DNA of 64,000 nucleotides from an uncultured Candidatus Saccharibacteria bacterium (GTDB lineage: Bacteria > Patescibacteriota > Minisyncoccia > Phycocordibacterales > PALSA-1337): contig CAZVQB010000001.1 in assembly GCA_964629235.1 (NCBI GenBank), forward strand, positions 4,431 to 68,430, written 5' to 3'. The notes under the pieces were generated by a model. It ran no database searches, was not told the origin of the DNA, and worked only from the letters and a program-made list of their open reading frames with translations. Positions within the stretch are counted from its first letter, which is position 1; each line of letters begins with the position of its first letter. Below, piece after piece: positions 37,457-47,463 of this stretch. The position numbers and the translations under genes are program-made.

Positions 37457-38593
37457 CTACTCATGTTTCAAGGCAATTTCTAGTATTGCTTCTGATATTT
37501 TTTGTGCTGCATCCAGGCGACTGAAGGCTTTTGCCTCTTGACTCATCCTTTCTTTTAATCTCTGATTATTTAAAATTCTATCAATTTCTGATATTAGAAT
37601 GTGTGAACTTAAATTGTGTTCTTCGACTACAACACAAGAACCGCTACTTGCATAAGCGAAAGCGTTTTTTACTTGATCATGACTTACCTCTTTTGATAAA
37701 GGTACTATGATAGAAGGCACTCCCCACGCAGCAATTTCAAATATTGTTGAACCAGCTCTTGATATAACAAGACCTGAAATACCAGCAGACATTCTAATCT
37801 GTAAATCATTCATATAGTCGAAAGGATGATATCTAGATGCTAGAGGATTGTCTTTTAAGACGATTGATATGGTCTCTTTTACTAATTCAAAATTGTTACG
37901 ACCTGTTTGATGTATAATTTGATAATTTTTTACTAATTCATTTGCACTATCGATAATCACGTCATTAATAAGTTGTGAACCTTGTGATCCACCCATAACG
38001 AATATCGTTGGTATATTCTCTTCAAGATTAAGAAATTCTGCAGCACCTTGTGTAAGCGGTTGCATAATCTCTTTTCGTATCGGGTTACCTGTGAATGCAA
38101 CCTTGCCTTCTTTCTTTTGTTTTGAGAATGAATCAGAGACTTCTGGATATGAGACTGCGATCTTTTTCGCAAATTTTGCTGCCCACTTATTTACCCTTCC
38201 TGGAGTGCTATCAGATTCGTGAATAATAACTGGAATCTGTAGCAATCGCGCAGCAAATAATGCTGGGAAACTTGCATAACCACCTTTTGCAAACACCACA
38301 TCAGGATATATACTGTAAAGTTTGACAATTGCAATCAAAACTCCATAAATAGTCTTAAAAATATCTGTAAAATTTAAAAAAGAAAAATATCTTCTTATCT
38401 TCCCTGCAGGCACTGGGATAAATTCAATTTCATTATCAAAAAGAGCTCGAGCATTGTATTTTGTTGGAGACATAAAATACAACTTCGGTGGAATAAGTTT
38501 TTTTTCTTTTACTTTATCATTTATTGCTTGAGCAACGGCAATAATTGGATAAAAATGTCCTCCTGTTCCACCTCCTGCAAATAGTATTTTCAT
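37457..38593 (-). CDS. murG: undecaprenyldiphospho-muramoylpentapeptide beta-N-acetylglucosaminyltransferase
   Basis: MKILFAGGGTGGHFYPIIAVAQAI is the canonical MurG N-terminus; GT28 C-terminal domain. Confidence 0.85.
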   Translation of the reverse strand: MKILFAGGGTGGHFYPIIAVAQAINDKVKEKKLIPPKLYFMSPTKYNARALFDNEIEFIPVPAGKIRRYFSFLNFTDIFKTIYGVLIAIVKLYSIYPDVVFAKGGYASFPALFAARLLQIPVIIHESDSTPGRVNKWAAKFAKKIAVSYPEVSDSFSKQKKEGKVAFTGNPIRKEIMQPLTQGAAEFLNLEENIPTIFVMGGSQGSQLINDVIIDSANELVKNYQIIHQTGRNNFELVKETISIVLKDNPLASRYHPFDYMNDLQIRMSAGISGLVISRAGSTIFEIAAWGVPSIIVPLSKEVSHDQVKNAFAYASSGSCVVVEEHNLSSHILISEIDRILNNQRLKERMSQEAKAFSRLDAAQKISEAILEIALKHE

Positions 38594-38602
38594 TTTTTTA
38601 TT

Positions 38603-39700
38603 TTATTGATTTACCTGATATTTTGAAATATTCGCTATGATACCCGTCGCTGCCAGAGTAATTATCAATGCCGTACCTCCATGACTTACAAATAAAAGTG
38701 GCATTCCCGATAGCGGTATAAGTCCAAGCATTGATGAAATATTCATAAACGACTCTATAAGGATAAGTATAGCAATTCCAATTGCAGTTAGTCCACCAAA
38801 ATAATCAGGTGATCTTACAGATATTTTCATAGATTTTATAAAAAAGAACAAAAATAATCCGATGAGAACAATGCTCCCGATGAAACCGAACTCTTCAGCT
38901 CCAACGGCAAATATTGAATCTCCTATCGGTTCAGGCAAATAGTTGAATTTCTGAACACTTTGACCAAAACCTCTTCCGAATATTTTTCCAGAACCGATCG
39001 CTATCAAAGACTGTTGTATTTGATAGCCTGCACCTTGAGAATCTACACCATGATTGAAAAATGTCATAACTCTTTGCATTATATATGGTCTAACCAAGAC
39101 CAATGTCGCAAGTAAAATTATACCTAAACCAAATAGCATTAGAATATGTTTTATTCTCCCACCAGCTATAAAAAGCATTATTAGACCAGTTGTAGCAATA
39201 ACAACAAATGTATCAGTATCTGATTGAATCATAAGTAGTGTACCTAGTATTCCAACAACAACCATATAGGGAACAACACCAAATTTGAATTCTCCAATCT
39301 TTTCTTTTAATCCAGAGAGCCATGCTGCAAAATAAATGATAAAAGCGATTTTAAGAAATTCAGATGGTTGAAATGTTGTAAAACCAAGGTTTATCCATCT
39401 TGAAGCACCTCCATGATCAAAGGATAAACCTGGAACAAATAAAAGTAGATTTATACATATAGCACCTATTAAAATATAAAAAGCATTTTTTCTTAAAATT
39501 TTATAATTTATTTTAGACATTATATAAAAGGAAATAATACCTAAAATAAGTCCAGCGCTCTGACTCATAGCTACTGATTGGAAGCTTGCACCATTACGAG
39601 CAAGTAGACCTAGTGACGCAGAACTAAAAATAAAAAAGCCAACTACGGTAAGTAGAGTAACTGATGCCAGATATATCTTGTCGATCTTAAGTTTATTCAT
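38603..39700 (-). CDS. ftsW: SEDS-family peptidoglycan polymerase (FtsW/RodA)
   Basis: 10-TM protein with FtsW/RodA/SpoVE motifs, adjacent to murG. Confidence 0.8.
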   Translation of the reverse strand: MNKLKIDKIYLASVTLLTVVGFFIFSSASLGLLARNGASFQSVAMSQSAGLILGIISFYIMSKINYKILRKNAFYILIGAICINLLLFVPGLSFDHGGASRWINLGFTTFQPSEFLKIAFIIYFAAWLSGLKEKIGEFKFGVVPYMVVVGILGTLLMIQSDTDTFVVIATTGLIMLFIAGGRIKHILMLFGLGIILLATLVLVRPYIMQRVMTFFNHGVDSQGAGYQIQQSLIAIGSGKIFGRGFGQSVQKFNYLPEPIGDSIFAVGAEEFGFIGSIVLIGLFLFFFIKSMKISVRSPDYFGGLTAIGIAILILIESFMNISSMLGLIPLSGMPLLFVSHGGTALIITLAATGIIANISKYQVNQ

Positions 39701-40268
39701 TACTCTTTATTTGTTCTTTATCTTTTGAAGAATTTTCTTCAGCTTTTTTGAAAGATTCAATGTCTTTTCTAACTGATTCAAAATCTGGTAGATCAGTAAC
39801 ATTTGAAATACCCAGGAATGCCAATAGTTCAAGACTTGGTTTATACAAGAAACTTCTTTGATCTAGTGGATTGTCTACTTTTTCAATAAGACCTCTTATA
39901 AGTAGATTTCTTATAATAAATTGTGAATTAACACCTCTTATATAGTCTATATCTACGCGAGATATTGGTCCTTGATAAAGGATAATTGATAATGTTTCAA
40001 GTCCAGCCTTACCTAAATCTTTTGACAATTCCTCTTTATTTAAGGTCTCTATATGTTCAGAGACTTCTTTGGCAGTTCCAAGAGTAATGTCCTCTTCCCA
40101 TTCAATCAAAGTGATACCTCTACCCTTTAGAGATTCTTTTAGAATTTGGATTGCTTTTTTTATATCTTCAATATCCTTATTCAGAATATTCGCTATTTTT
40201 TTAATAGAAAGGGTTTCTGCTTTCCAGAATAATAGTGCTTCAATTTGTGATTCAAGTGGTAGTGACAT
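39693..40268 (-). CDS. scpB: segregation and condensation protein B
   Basis: Tandem winged-helix ScpB pattern (IEALLFWKAETLSIKKIANIL...). Confidence 0.8.
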   Translation of the reverse strand: MSLPLESQIEALLFWKAETLSIKKIANILNKDIEDIKKAIQILKESLKGRGITLIEWEEDITLGTAKEVSEHIETLNKEELSKDLGKAGLETLSIILYQGPISRVDIDYIRGVNSQFIIRNLLIRGLIEKVDNPLDQRSFLYKPSLELLAFLGISNVTDLPDFESVRKDIESFKKAEENSSKDKEQIKSNE

Positions 40269-40271
40269 AGT

Positions 40272-41003
40272 TTAATTATACCTCGGAACACCGACTTCTT
40301 TTGTTTCCATGTTGATATCCCCAAAATGATTCTCTTGAGTTACATGTATAACTCCCTGTTTTACAAGTTCAAGCATAGCTAAGAAACTTACAATAATATT
40401 CACCTTTTCTTCTTTATGAACACTAGCAAAATCACTGAATTTCATTCTTAGACCAGTAGTTATTCTTTTTGTTAAATTATCTATTGTTTCTTCGAGACTT
40501 ATAACTTTTCTAACAACAGCTTTTGGAATATTTTCTTTTTTCGGAAGAGCGTGAATCATATCTTTTATAGATTGAGCAAGCGATAAAAGATTCATTGATT
40601 CATGTGGAGAAAAAATAGGGTCAATCTTCGGAGTTTGAGATCTTTGAAATATTATTTCTTTTCCAAAAATATCTTTTATATGTACACTTGCATCCTTTAT
40701 TCTTTGATAGATTTTTAGTCTTGTTTCCAAATCGTGAATCTCAACCTCTTCTTCTTCAGTCAAAGTTAAAGCTGGCAATAGAGATTTTGATTTTATCAAA
40801 AGTAGAGTAGAAGCAATTAGAATAAAAGAAGCTGAGTCTTCCATAGGTAATTTCTCAAAATTTTGTATGTGATTTATAAAATCATCCGTGACTTTTGCAA
40901 GAGCGATGTCATTTATAAAAAGTTTTCTTTTTTCAACCAAAGAAAGAAGGAGATCTAGAGGACCTTCGAATACTTCGGATTTAATAATAAAAGATTGAGA
41001 CAT
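40272..41003 (-). CDS. scpA: segregation and condensation protein A
   Basis: FEGPLDLLLSLVEKRKLFINDIALAKVTDDF matches the ScpA kleisin N-terminus. Start taken at MSQSFII; the ORF-track start is 41066. Confidence 0.8.
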   Translation of the reverse strand: MSQSFIIKSEVFEGPLDLLLSLVEKRKLFINDIALAKVTDDFINHIQNFEKLPMEDSASFILIASTLLLIKSKSLLPALTLTEEEEVEIHDLETRLKIYQRIKDASVHIKDIFGKEIIFQRSQTPKIDPIFSPHESMNLLSLAQSIKDMIHALPKKENIPKAVVRKVISLEETIDNLTKRITTGLRMKFSDFASVHKEEKVNIIVSFLAMLELVKQGVIHVTQENHFGDINMETKEVGVPRYN

Positions 41004-41092
41004 GGAGATATTATAGCAGAAATAAAATAGACAAAACAAAAACCCCTCCAATTCGTAAAGAATCAAAGGGGTTAAGAGTTAAAAAACTCAAA

Positions 41093-41581
41093 TCACTCGG
41101 GTAAAACCATGCGATCCAGACATCCAATATCCATGAAATGATCGCTGTGGAAGTGGTCGAGATTTACTCCTAGTTTATTATTATGTATATCAACAACTGC
41201 AACGAAAAATTTTCCAAAAACAATGAATGGAAAGTATGATGAATATCCACTAGGGTGAATATGTTGAGGATAGCTCTCTATCCAAGTCAGGATTTGATCC
41301 TGACTTTTCCAAAGCAGAAGTTCCAGTGAAGTGTTAAAAGAGCCCAATAGCTCTCTATATCCTTTAGCTATCGTAATCTCATATAGAGCTGAGGATGCTG
41401 GGCCTGTAGCAATAGTGGGGACGTTAGTACCTAATTTGCTGAATTTTGAATCGAAAAATCCAGGAAACATGTCACGTTGTGTGTAGAACGTTCGAGTACC
41501 AGTAGTAGCTGGAATGACGAGACCGCTCTCCAACCTGCGGAGGTAAGTCGTTGTTTCAGGCAATGCAGAAATGATAGCCAT
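41093..41581 (-). CDS. hypothetical protein (GC-shifted singleton)
   Basis: 162 aa with no recognisable family and elevated GC. Confidence 0.3.
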   Translation of the reverse strand: MAIISALPETTTYLRRLESGLVIPATTGTRTFYTQRDMFPGFFDSKFSKLGTNVPTIATGPASSALYEITIAKGYRELLGSFNTSLELLLWKSQDQILTWIESYPQHIHPSGYSSYFPFIVFGKFFVAVVDIHNNKLGVNLDHFHSDHFMDIGCLDRMVLPE

Positions 41582-41675
41582 AACAGAATATTGAGTTATA
41601 TTTATACAGAACTATTTACCAAAAAATACCAGATATGTACTACTGTGTCAAATAGTGTATATTAAACTGCAATTA

Positions 41676-43067
41676 CTAGTTCTCCAAACTAATTCCCAAC
41701 TCCTTCAATTGCTTCTTACCCGCCGGTGACGGTGCATTCATCATAAGGTCTCTTCCCTCACCTGTTTTGGGGAAAGCAATAACTTCACGGATATTAGGCT
41801 CACCCATAAGTAACATTACGATTCTATCGATTCCAGGAGCAAATCCTCCGTGTGGTGGTGCACCATACTTGAATGCCTCTAGCATATGTGCGAATTTTAT
41901 CTGTTGTTCTTCATCACTAATATTCAATAGTTTAAATACTTGTTTCTGTACATCTGATTTATGAATTCTTATACTTCCAGAACTCAATTCATATCCATTC
42001 AAAACCAAGTCATATGAATTCGCTCGAATAGACATAAGATCTTCACCCTTCATAAATTTATCCATATCCTCATCTTTTATAGAACAAAATGGGTGATGTG
42101 CTGCTTGCAGGTGACCATCATCTGTTCTCTCAAACATTGGGAAATCTACTATCCAAGCAAAGGCTAGTTCATTCACATCGTTTTTGTCCTTTCTCAGATC
42201 TGGTTTATCAGAACCATATTTCTCCATTGATTCTTTGTATGTAATTCTTGGAAAAGGTATTGAAGAAATTTTCTTTTCAGGAAAAAGAGTCTTCACTAAT
42301 TCTATAAACATTGGTTCTGTATATGACAATATATCCTCTTGATTTACAAATGACATTTCATAATCAAGCTGAGTGAACTCTGGTTGTCTATCTCCTCTTA
42401 GATCTTCATCTCTCATGCATCTTGCAATTTGGAAATATTTTTCAAAACCTGCAACCATAGATAATTGTTTGAATTGTTGTGGAGATTGTGGAAGTGCATA
42501 GAAACTACCTTTATCTATACGTGAAGGTACAAGATATTCTCTTGAACCTTCTGGAGTTCCTTTCATAAGAATCGGAGTTTCGATCTCAATAAAGCCATCT
42601 TTATGCATATAATCACGGAAAAAAGAAATAATCTTATCTCGCATTATAATATTCTTTTGTAGTCTTTCTCTTCTAAGATCTAGATATCTATATTTCAATC
42701 TAATTTCTTCATTGATTTCTTTTCCATCAGTATGTAGATCGAAAGGAGGTGTCATTGCCTCATTCAAAACTTCAATAGTCAAAATCTCAAGCTCTATATC
42801 GCCATTCAATTTGTCTTTTTGAATATTTTTCTCTGGTCTAGGATTTACTTTTCCAATAACTTTAACAACCCATTCTGGTCGAACAGTTGAACCTACAGCG
42901 TGTGCATCTTTAGCATTTGGTAATATCACACCTTGGATTTTTCCAGTAATATCTCTAAAATCAAGGAAAATTAGTTTGCCTTGATCTCGTCTAATATCAA
43001 TCCATCCAGATATACTTACCTCTTTCCCTACATATTCCTTCAAATCTTTTATATATGTTCTTTTCAT
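41676..43067 (-). CDS. aspS: aspartyl-tRNA synthetase, archaeal/eukaryal short type (no GAD insertion)
   Basis: N-terminal OB anticodon-binding domain and class II motifs. FQIARCMRDEDLRGDRQPEFTQLDYEMSF matches the AspRS FRDEDLRADRQPEFTQ motif; 463 aa. Confidence 0.8.
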   Translation of the reverse strand: MKRTYIKDLKEYVGKEVSISGWIDIRRDQGKLIFLDFRDITGKIQGVILPNAKDAHAVGSTVRPEWVVKVIGKVNPRPEKNIQKDKLNGDIELEILTIEVLNEAMTPPFDLHTDGKEINEEIRLKYRYLDLRRERLQKNIIMRDKIISFFRDYMHKDGFIEIETPILMKGTPEGSREYLVPSRIDKGSFYALPQSPQQFKQLSMVAGFEKYFQIARCMRDEDLRGDRQPEFTQLDYEMSFVNQEDILSYTEPMFIELVKTLFPEKKISSIPFPRITYKESMEKYGSDKPDLRKDKNDVNELAFAWIVDFPMFERTDDGHLQAAHHPFCSIKDEDMDKFMKGEDLMSIRANSYDLVLNGYELSSGSIRIHKSDVQKQVFKLLNISDEEQQIKFAHMLEAFKYGAPPHGGFAPGIDRIVMLLMGEPNIREVIAFPKTGEGRDLMMNAPSPAGKKQLKELGISLEN

Positions 43068-43072
43068 AATTT

Positions 43073-44017
43073 TTATATTACACCAATTGCTGTCTTTGCT
43101 GCAAAAAGCTTTTCATCCGCTATCTCTCTCGCTTTTATTGCACCATCTTCTAGTATCTCTTCAACTTTATCAATATCTTTTGCTAACATCTCTCTTCTCT
43201 CTCTAAGTGGTTTTATAAAAGCATCTAGATCTTCTATCAATGCTTCTTTTAGAATCTTATACTTGCCCTTATTCTCATCATATATCTTTTTCAAATCTGC
43301 TTCTGTTCTAAATAGTTTGTGAATATTATAAACATTCATCGGGATTTCTCCGCTTGAATCAGTTACAATTCCCATCACTGCTTTAGTAATCTCTTCGCGA
43401 GTAGAGAAAAGTGGAATAGTATTACCGTAACTCTTAGACATCTTTTGTCCATCTGTTCCAGGAATAATAGCGACACTTTGCATGATGTATGGATCTGGAA
43501 GTTTAAATACTTCACCGAAAGTATTGTTGAACTTCTGTGCTATATCTCTAGTGTATTCAATATGTTGTTTTTGGTCTTGCCCAACTGGAACAATATCTGC
43601 ATCATAAAGCAGAATATCTGAAGCCATTAGAATCGGATAGTTGAATGTACCAACCGAAATCTCTTTGTCTTTTGCTTCAGCGTCCTTGAAAGCATGAGCT
43701 CTCATAAGATATGGCATTGTTGTAATAGTATCGAATATCCAAGTTAGCTCTGTGTGCGCATTTATATCAGACTGTTTAAATATTAGAGACTTCTCAGGAT
43801 CCAAACCTATAGCGAGATAGTCTAGAGCTAGATCTAAAGTATTTTTTCTCATCTCATCACCATTTTGAATGAAGTTCAAAGCATGATAATTGGCAATCAT
43901 AAAACGGCAATCATATTGAGATTGTAAATCAGTGAACTGTTTCATTGCTCCGAAATAATTACCAATATGAGGTCTACCTGTTGGCTTTACTCCAGAAAGT
44001 AATATCTTTTTTGACAT
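43073..44017 (-). CDS. trpS: tryptophanyl-tRNA synthetase
   Basis: HIGH-like motif (KPTGRPHIGNYFGA) and KMSKS motif (KMSKSYGN); 314 aa. Confidence 0.85.
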   Translation of the reverse strand: MSKKILLSGVKPTGRPHIGNYFGAMKQFTDLQSQYDCRFMIANYHALNFIQNGDEMRKNTLDLALDYLAIGLDPEKSLIFKQSDINAHTELTWIFDTITTMPYLMRAHAFKDAEAKDKEISVGTFNYPILMASDILLYDADIVPVGQDQKQHIEYTRDIAQKFNNTFGEVFKLPDPYIMQSVAIIPGTDGQKMSKSYGNTIPLFSTREEITKAVMGIVTDSSGEIPMNVYNIHKLFRTEADLKKIYDENKGKYKILKEALIEDLDAFIKPLRERREMLAKDIDKVEEILEDGAIKAREIADEKLFAAKTAIGVI

Positions 44018-44040
44018 ATCTATATAATAACAAAACTTTA

Positions 44041-47000
44041 CTAATCCGTCTTCTCTTTCATAAGAATCAAATAAAATGCAGGGACAAGGAACAATGTTAG
44101 GAATGATGAAAGTGTCAAACCAAATATCACAGAACTTCCAAGTGCTTGCCAGAATTCATCTGAGAGTGTAACCGGCAATATACCGAATATTGTACATATA
44201 GATGTAATAAATATCGCTTCAAGTCTTGATTTACCAGCATCTATGATTGCATCTTCAAAATCGATTCCACTCTTTAGATTAAGATTTATTTTATCTACTA
44301 GAATGATAGAGTTTTTAACCACAATACCGAATAGCGCCAATATACCGATAAGTGCAGGAAGTCCGATAGATACATCAAACACTGCCATTCCAAGGAACAC
44401 TCCAATCAAAGCAAGTGGTATCGGAACAAGTACGATAAGTGATTTTCTGAATGAATTGAATTGTATAACTAGAGTAGCAACGATAAGAAGTATTGCTATT
44501 ACCATTGCTTTTACTATAGATAAAAATGACTCGGCGTTCTGTTCATTCTCTCCTCCATAACTTATAGTATATCCAGCAGGAACGACATAGTCTTTTATTT
44601 TTTCTTTAAACTGAGCAAGTATCGTTGGTCCATTTGTACTTGAATCTGCGCCAGCTGAAAGTACCACAGTTCTCTTTTGATCGATACGTGTAATCACATT
44701 TACAGCAGGTTTCAATTCTATTTTTGCAACATCTTTTAAGAAAACTGGTTGCTTGAGAGTATTGAGTATTTGAAGATTTTGAATTGATTCCAAATCCGGC
44801 AGACTATCTTTATCAAAAGTAGTTATAAGCTTTATTTCTTTTTCACCCTTTATCACTTTTGCAATTTCAATATCCGATATTGCAGTTCTTAGAACTGTAC
44901 CTACATAAGCAGAACTTAGATAATTTCTTTCCAAAGCTTGTTGATCAAGAGTAAAAGTATATTCTGGAACTGAATCCTTGATAGAAGTATCTATATTTAT
45001 AACACCAGGGATTGTAGAAAGAGGTGCACGGAGATCATTCATAATTTTTGTTAAAACCACTAAATCGTCACCTCCTATATGTGCTTCAAAAGCAGCTCCA
45101 GCTGGTGGACCTCCTGCAGGTGTTGAAACTTTTATTTTTATTCCAGGAATATTCTTACTTTCCAAATCGTCTCTTATCTTATTTGCCAATTCATAAGATT
45201 TCATCGATCTCTCTTTTTTATCTTTCAAAGTAAGACTAATAGATGACATATTAAATGATCCAGTTCCAGCTCCACCAAATTGTCCTGAATTTGGACTTGC
45301 ACGTCCGATAATTGTAGAATAACTTGTTACATCAGGATAAATAGACAATTCCTTTTCTACAAGCTTGGTCTTTGCATCAGTTATATCTAGACTTGATCCT
45401 ACCGGAGTATTTATATCTATATAGACATAATCTTGATCTGATATTGGGAAGAATTCATTTCTAATAACTCCAGTTGGAATTAGCATTACAGAACCAAAGA
45501 AAAGTAGACCTACAAAACCGAGTACCATTCTTCTTCTCTTTTTATCGAAAATATAGTATCTCAAAGTTTTTTCATAAATTGGAATAAATTTATGAAAATC
45601 GACAATTCCGTGTATTAGACGATTTGTAAAATCCTCATGTGTTCTATCCCCTTGTGAAGCCAATTTCTTTTTTATAAGTGATTCATCTTTCCATTCTAGA
45701 TTCATCAATCGATTATTCTCTTTCATCTTCTCTACTCCTCCCTTTTCATACCACCAGATAAGCCAACCTTCTATGATAAGAGCGATAATTCCAAGAATTA
45801 TTTGTATTATTCCTCCGTTATAGAACATTGCTCCAGCAAATACAATAAGTAATCCTTCTATGATAAAGAAGAATCTCTTTGTTAAACGGATTCTCTCAAG
45901 AACAGCTGCAAGAGGGTGATTTATCATCAGAGCGATGATAAGTGATGCAGTAAGTGTTATTGAAATCGTTATTGGAATTGATTTTAGATATTGTCCTACG
46001 ATTCCTGTTGCAAAAAGTAGAGGTAGGAAAGCCCAAACAGTAGCAAGGGTTGTAGTTGTAAGAACCCATTTAAAGTCATTTAGAACCAAAAGAACTGCTT
46101 CTTCAGGTGTAAATTTACCAGTATTTAGATATTGTTTTGTAGCAGAAACTACCACTATAGCATCATCAACTAGAAGTCCCAGTGAAAGAATAAGTGAGAA
46201 AAGTGAGAGGAAGTTTAGCGTCATTCCTATGGCATGCAAAACTCCGAAACTCACAAAGAATACAAGTGGTATAGCCAAACCCGCAACGAAAGCTTCTTTC
46301 AATCCTACAATCAGGAAAAGAATTATTGATACAAGAAGTACAGTTATAAGGAAGTCATGACTTAGTTGGTCGAAACTAACTCTCACCTCTTTTGCCATAT
46401 CCATACTTACACTGTAGGTAATTCCTGGAGCAAAAGTTTTTAGCATTTCATCAACTTTTGCTTTTGCTTGGTCTACTGTATCAAGTACTGAAGCACCTTG
46501 TCTTTTTATAAGAGAAAGAGAAATAGAGTTCTTTGCTTCACTCCCATCTTGAGACAATCGTGAATATGAAGTTTTCTTAATTGCTTTTTCTGTAACTTTT
46601 GCAATATCTTTTAACTGTACTGTGCTACCATCACTCGTATGCATTACAGGAATTCTTGCTATATCATCAACTTCAGTCATTCTTCCATCAACTCTAATTG
46701 GAAAAATCAAACCTTTATTCTCAAAATTTCCAGAAGGTATAGCAATATTTGAAGAAAGTATAGATCTATTAGCATCATCAGTTGTTATTCCATAATAAAG
46801 TAGACGATCACTTTGATATGCGATCTCATAATCAAGTTCATCACCTCCGTAAATTTGGATTTCTCTAACGCCGGGATTTTTCTCTAGTTCATCTTTAATC
46901 TTTTCTATATAGTTTCTTAATGTAAAACCATCGTATGGACCAGTTAGAGAAATAGACCAGATCGGTGAATCGTCTAGTGATATTTCACTTACTACAGGTT

Positions 47001-47463
47001 CTTCAGCATCAGTTGATATATCTTTTTTAACTGTTGAGACTTTGTCACGAAGATTTCTTATAGCATCTTCTAGATTCTCATTTGCATTAAATTCGACTTG
47101 TATAGTTGAAAGTGAATTGTATGAGTTTGAAGTAAGTTTGTTGAGCCCCTTTAGTCCTGAAAGTTTTGCTTCAATCTTTTTTGTAACAAATTCCTCTACG
47201 TCTGAAGGTGATGCTCCAGGATAGAAGGTAGAAACTATTGCAATCGGAATCTTTATTTCTGGGTTTGATTCTCTAGGCAAACTAAAAAATGAAAATAGTC
47301 CCCAAGCAGTTATCATAAGAATCAAAAGGACAACCACTCTAAAATTGGTCACAAAGAAGTTTAACCAAGTATTCCTTAGTTCAGGTCGAAACTCTAGACG
47401 TTCAAGATATCGACTGTCTGAAGATTTTTCATTATTTTTATTATCCATATTTTTATTGAACAA
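44041..47463 (-). CDS. RND-family efflux transporter permease (AcrB/HAE-like)
   Basis: 1140 aa with 12 TM segments in two repeats and large periplasmic loops, characteristic of RND pumps. Confidence 0.85.
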   Translation of the reverse strand: MFNKNMDNKNNEKSSDSRYLERLEFRPELRNTWLNFFVTNFRVVVLLILMITAWGLFSFFSLPRESNPEIKIPIAIVSTFYPGASPSDVEEFVTKKIEAKLSGLKGLNKLTSNSYNSLSTIQVEFNANENLEDAIRNLRDKVSTVKKDISTDAEEPVVSEISLDDSPIWSISLTGPYDGFTLRNYIEKIKDELEKNPGVREIQIYGGDELDYEIAYQSDRLLYYGITTDDANRSILSSNIAIPSGNFENKGLIFPIRVDGRMTEVDDIARIPVMHTSDGSTVQLKDIAKVTEKAIKKTSYSRLSQDGSEAKNSISLSLIKRQGASVLDTVDQAKAKVDEMLKTFAPGITYSVSMDMAKEVRVSFDQLSHDFLITVLLVSIILFLIVGLKEAFVAGLAIPLVFFVSFGVLHAIGMTLNFLSLFSLILSLGLLVDDAIVVVSATKQYLNTGKFTPEEAVLLVLNDFKWVLTTTTLATVWAFLPLLFATGIVGQYLKSIPITISITLTASLIIALMINHPLAAVLERIRLTKRFFFIIEGLLIVFAGAMFYNGGIIQIILGIIALIIEGWLIWWYEKGGVEKMKENNRLMNLEWKDESLIKKKLASQGDRTHEDFTNRLIHGIVDFHKFIPIYEKTLRYYIFDKKRRRMVLGFVGLLFFGSVMLIPTGVIRNEFFPISDQDYVYIDINTPVGSSLDITDAKTKLVEKELSIYPDVTSYSTIIGRASPNSGQFGGAGTGSFNMSSISLTLKDKKERSMKSYELANKIRDDLESKNIPGIKIKVSTPAGGPPAGAAFEAHIGGDDLVVLTKIMNDLRAPLSTIPGVINIDTSIKDSVPEYTFTLDQQALERNYLSSAYVGTVLRTAISDIEIAKVIKGEKEIKLITTFDKDSLPDLESIQNLQILNTLKQPVFLKDVAKIELKPAVNVITRIDQKRTVVLSAGADSSTNGPTILAQFKEKIKDYVVPAGYTISYGGENEQNAESFLSIVKAMVIAILLIVATLVIQFNSFRKSLIVLVPIPLALIGVFLGMAVFDVSIGLPALIGILALFGIVVKNSIILVDKINLNLKSGIDFEDAIIDAGKSRLEAIFITSICTIFGILPVTLSDEFWQALGSSVIFGLTLSSFLTLFLVPAFYLILMKEKTD

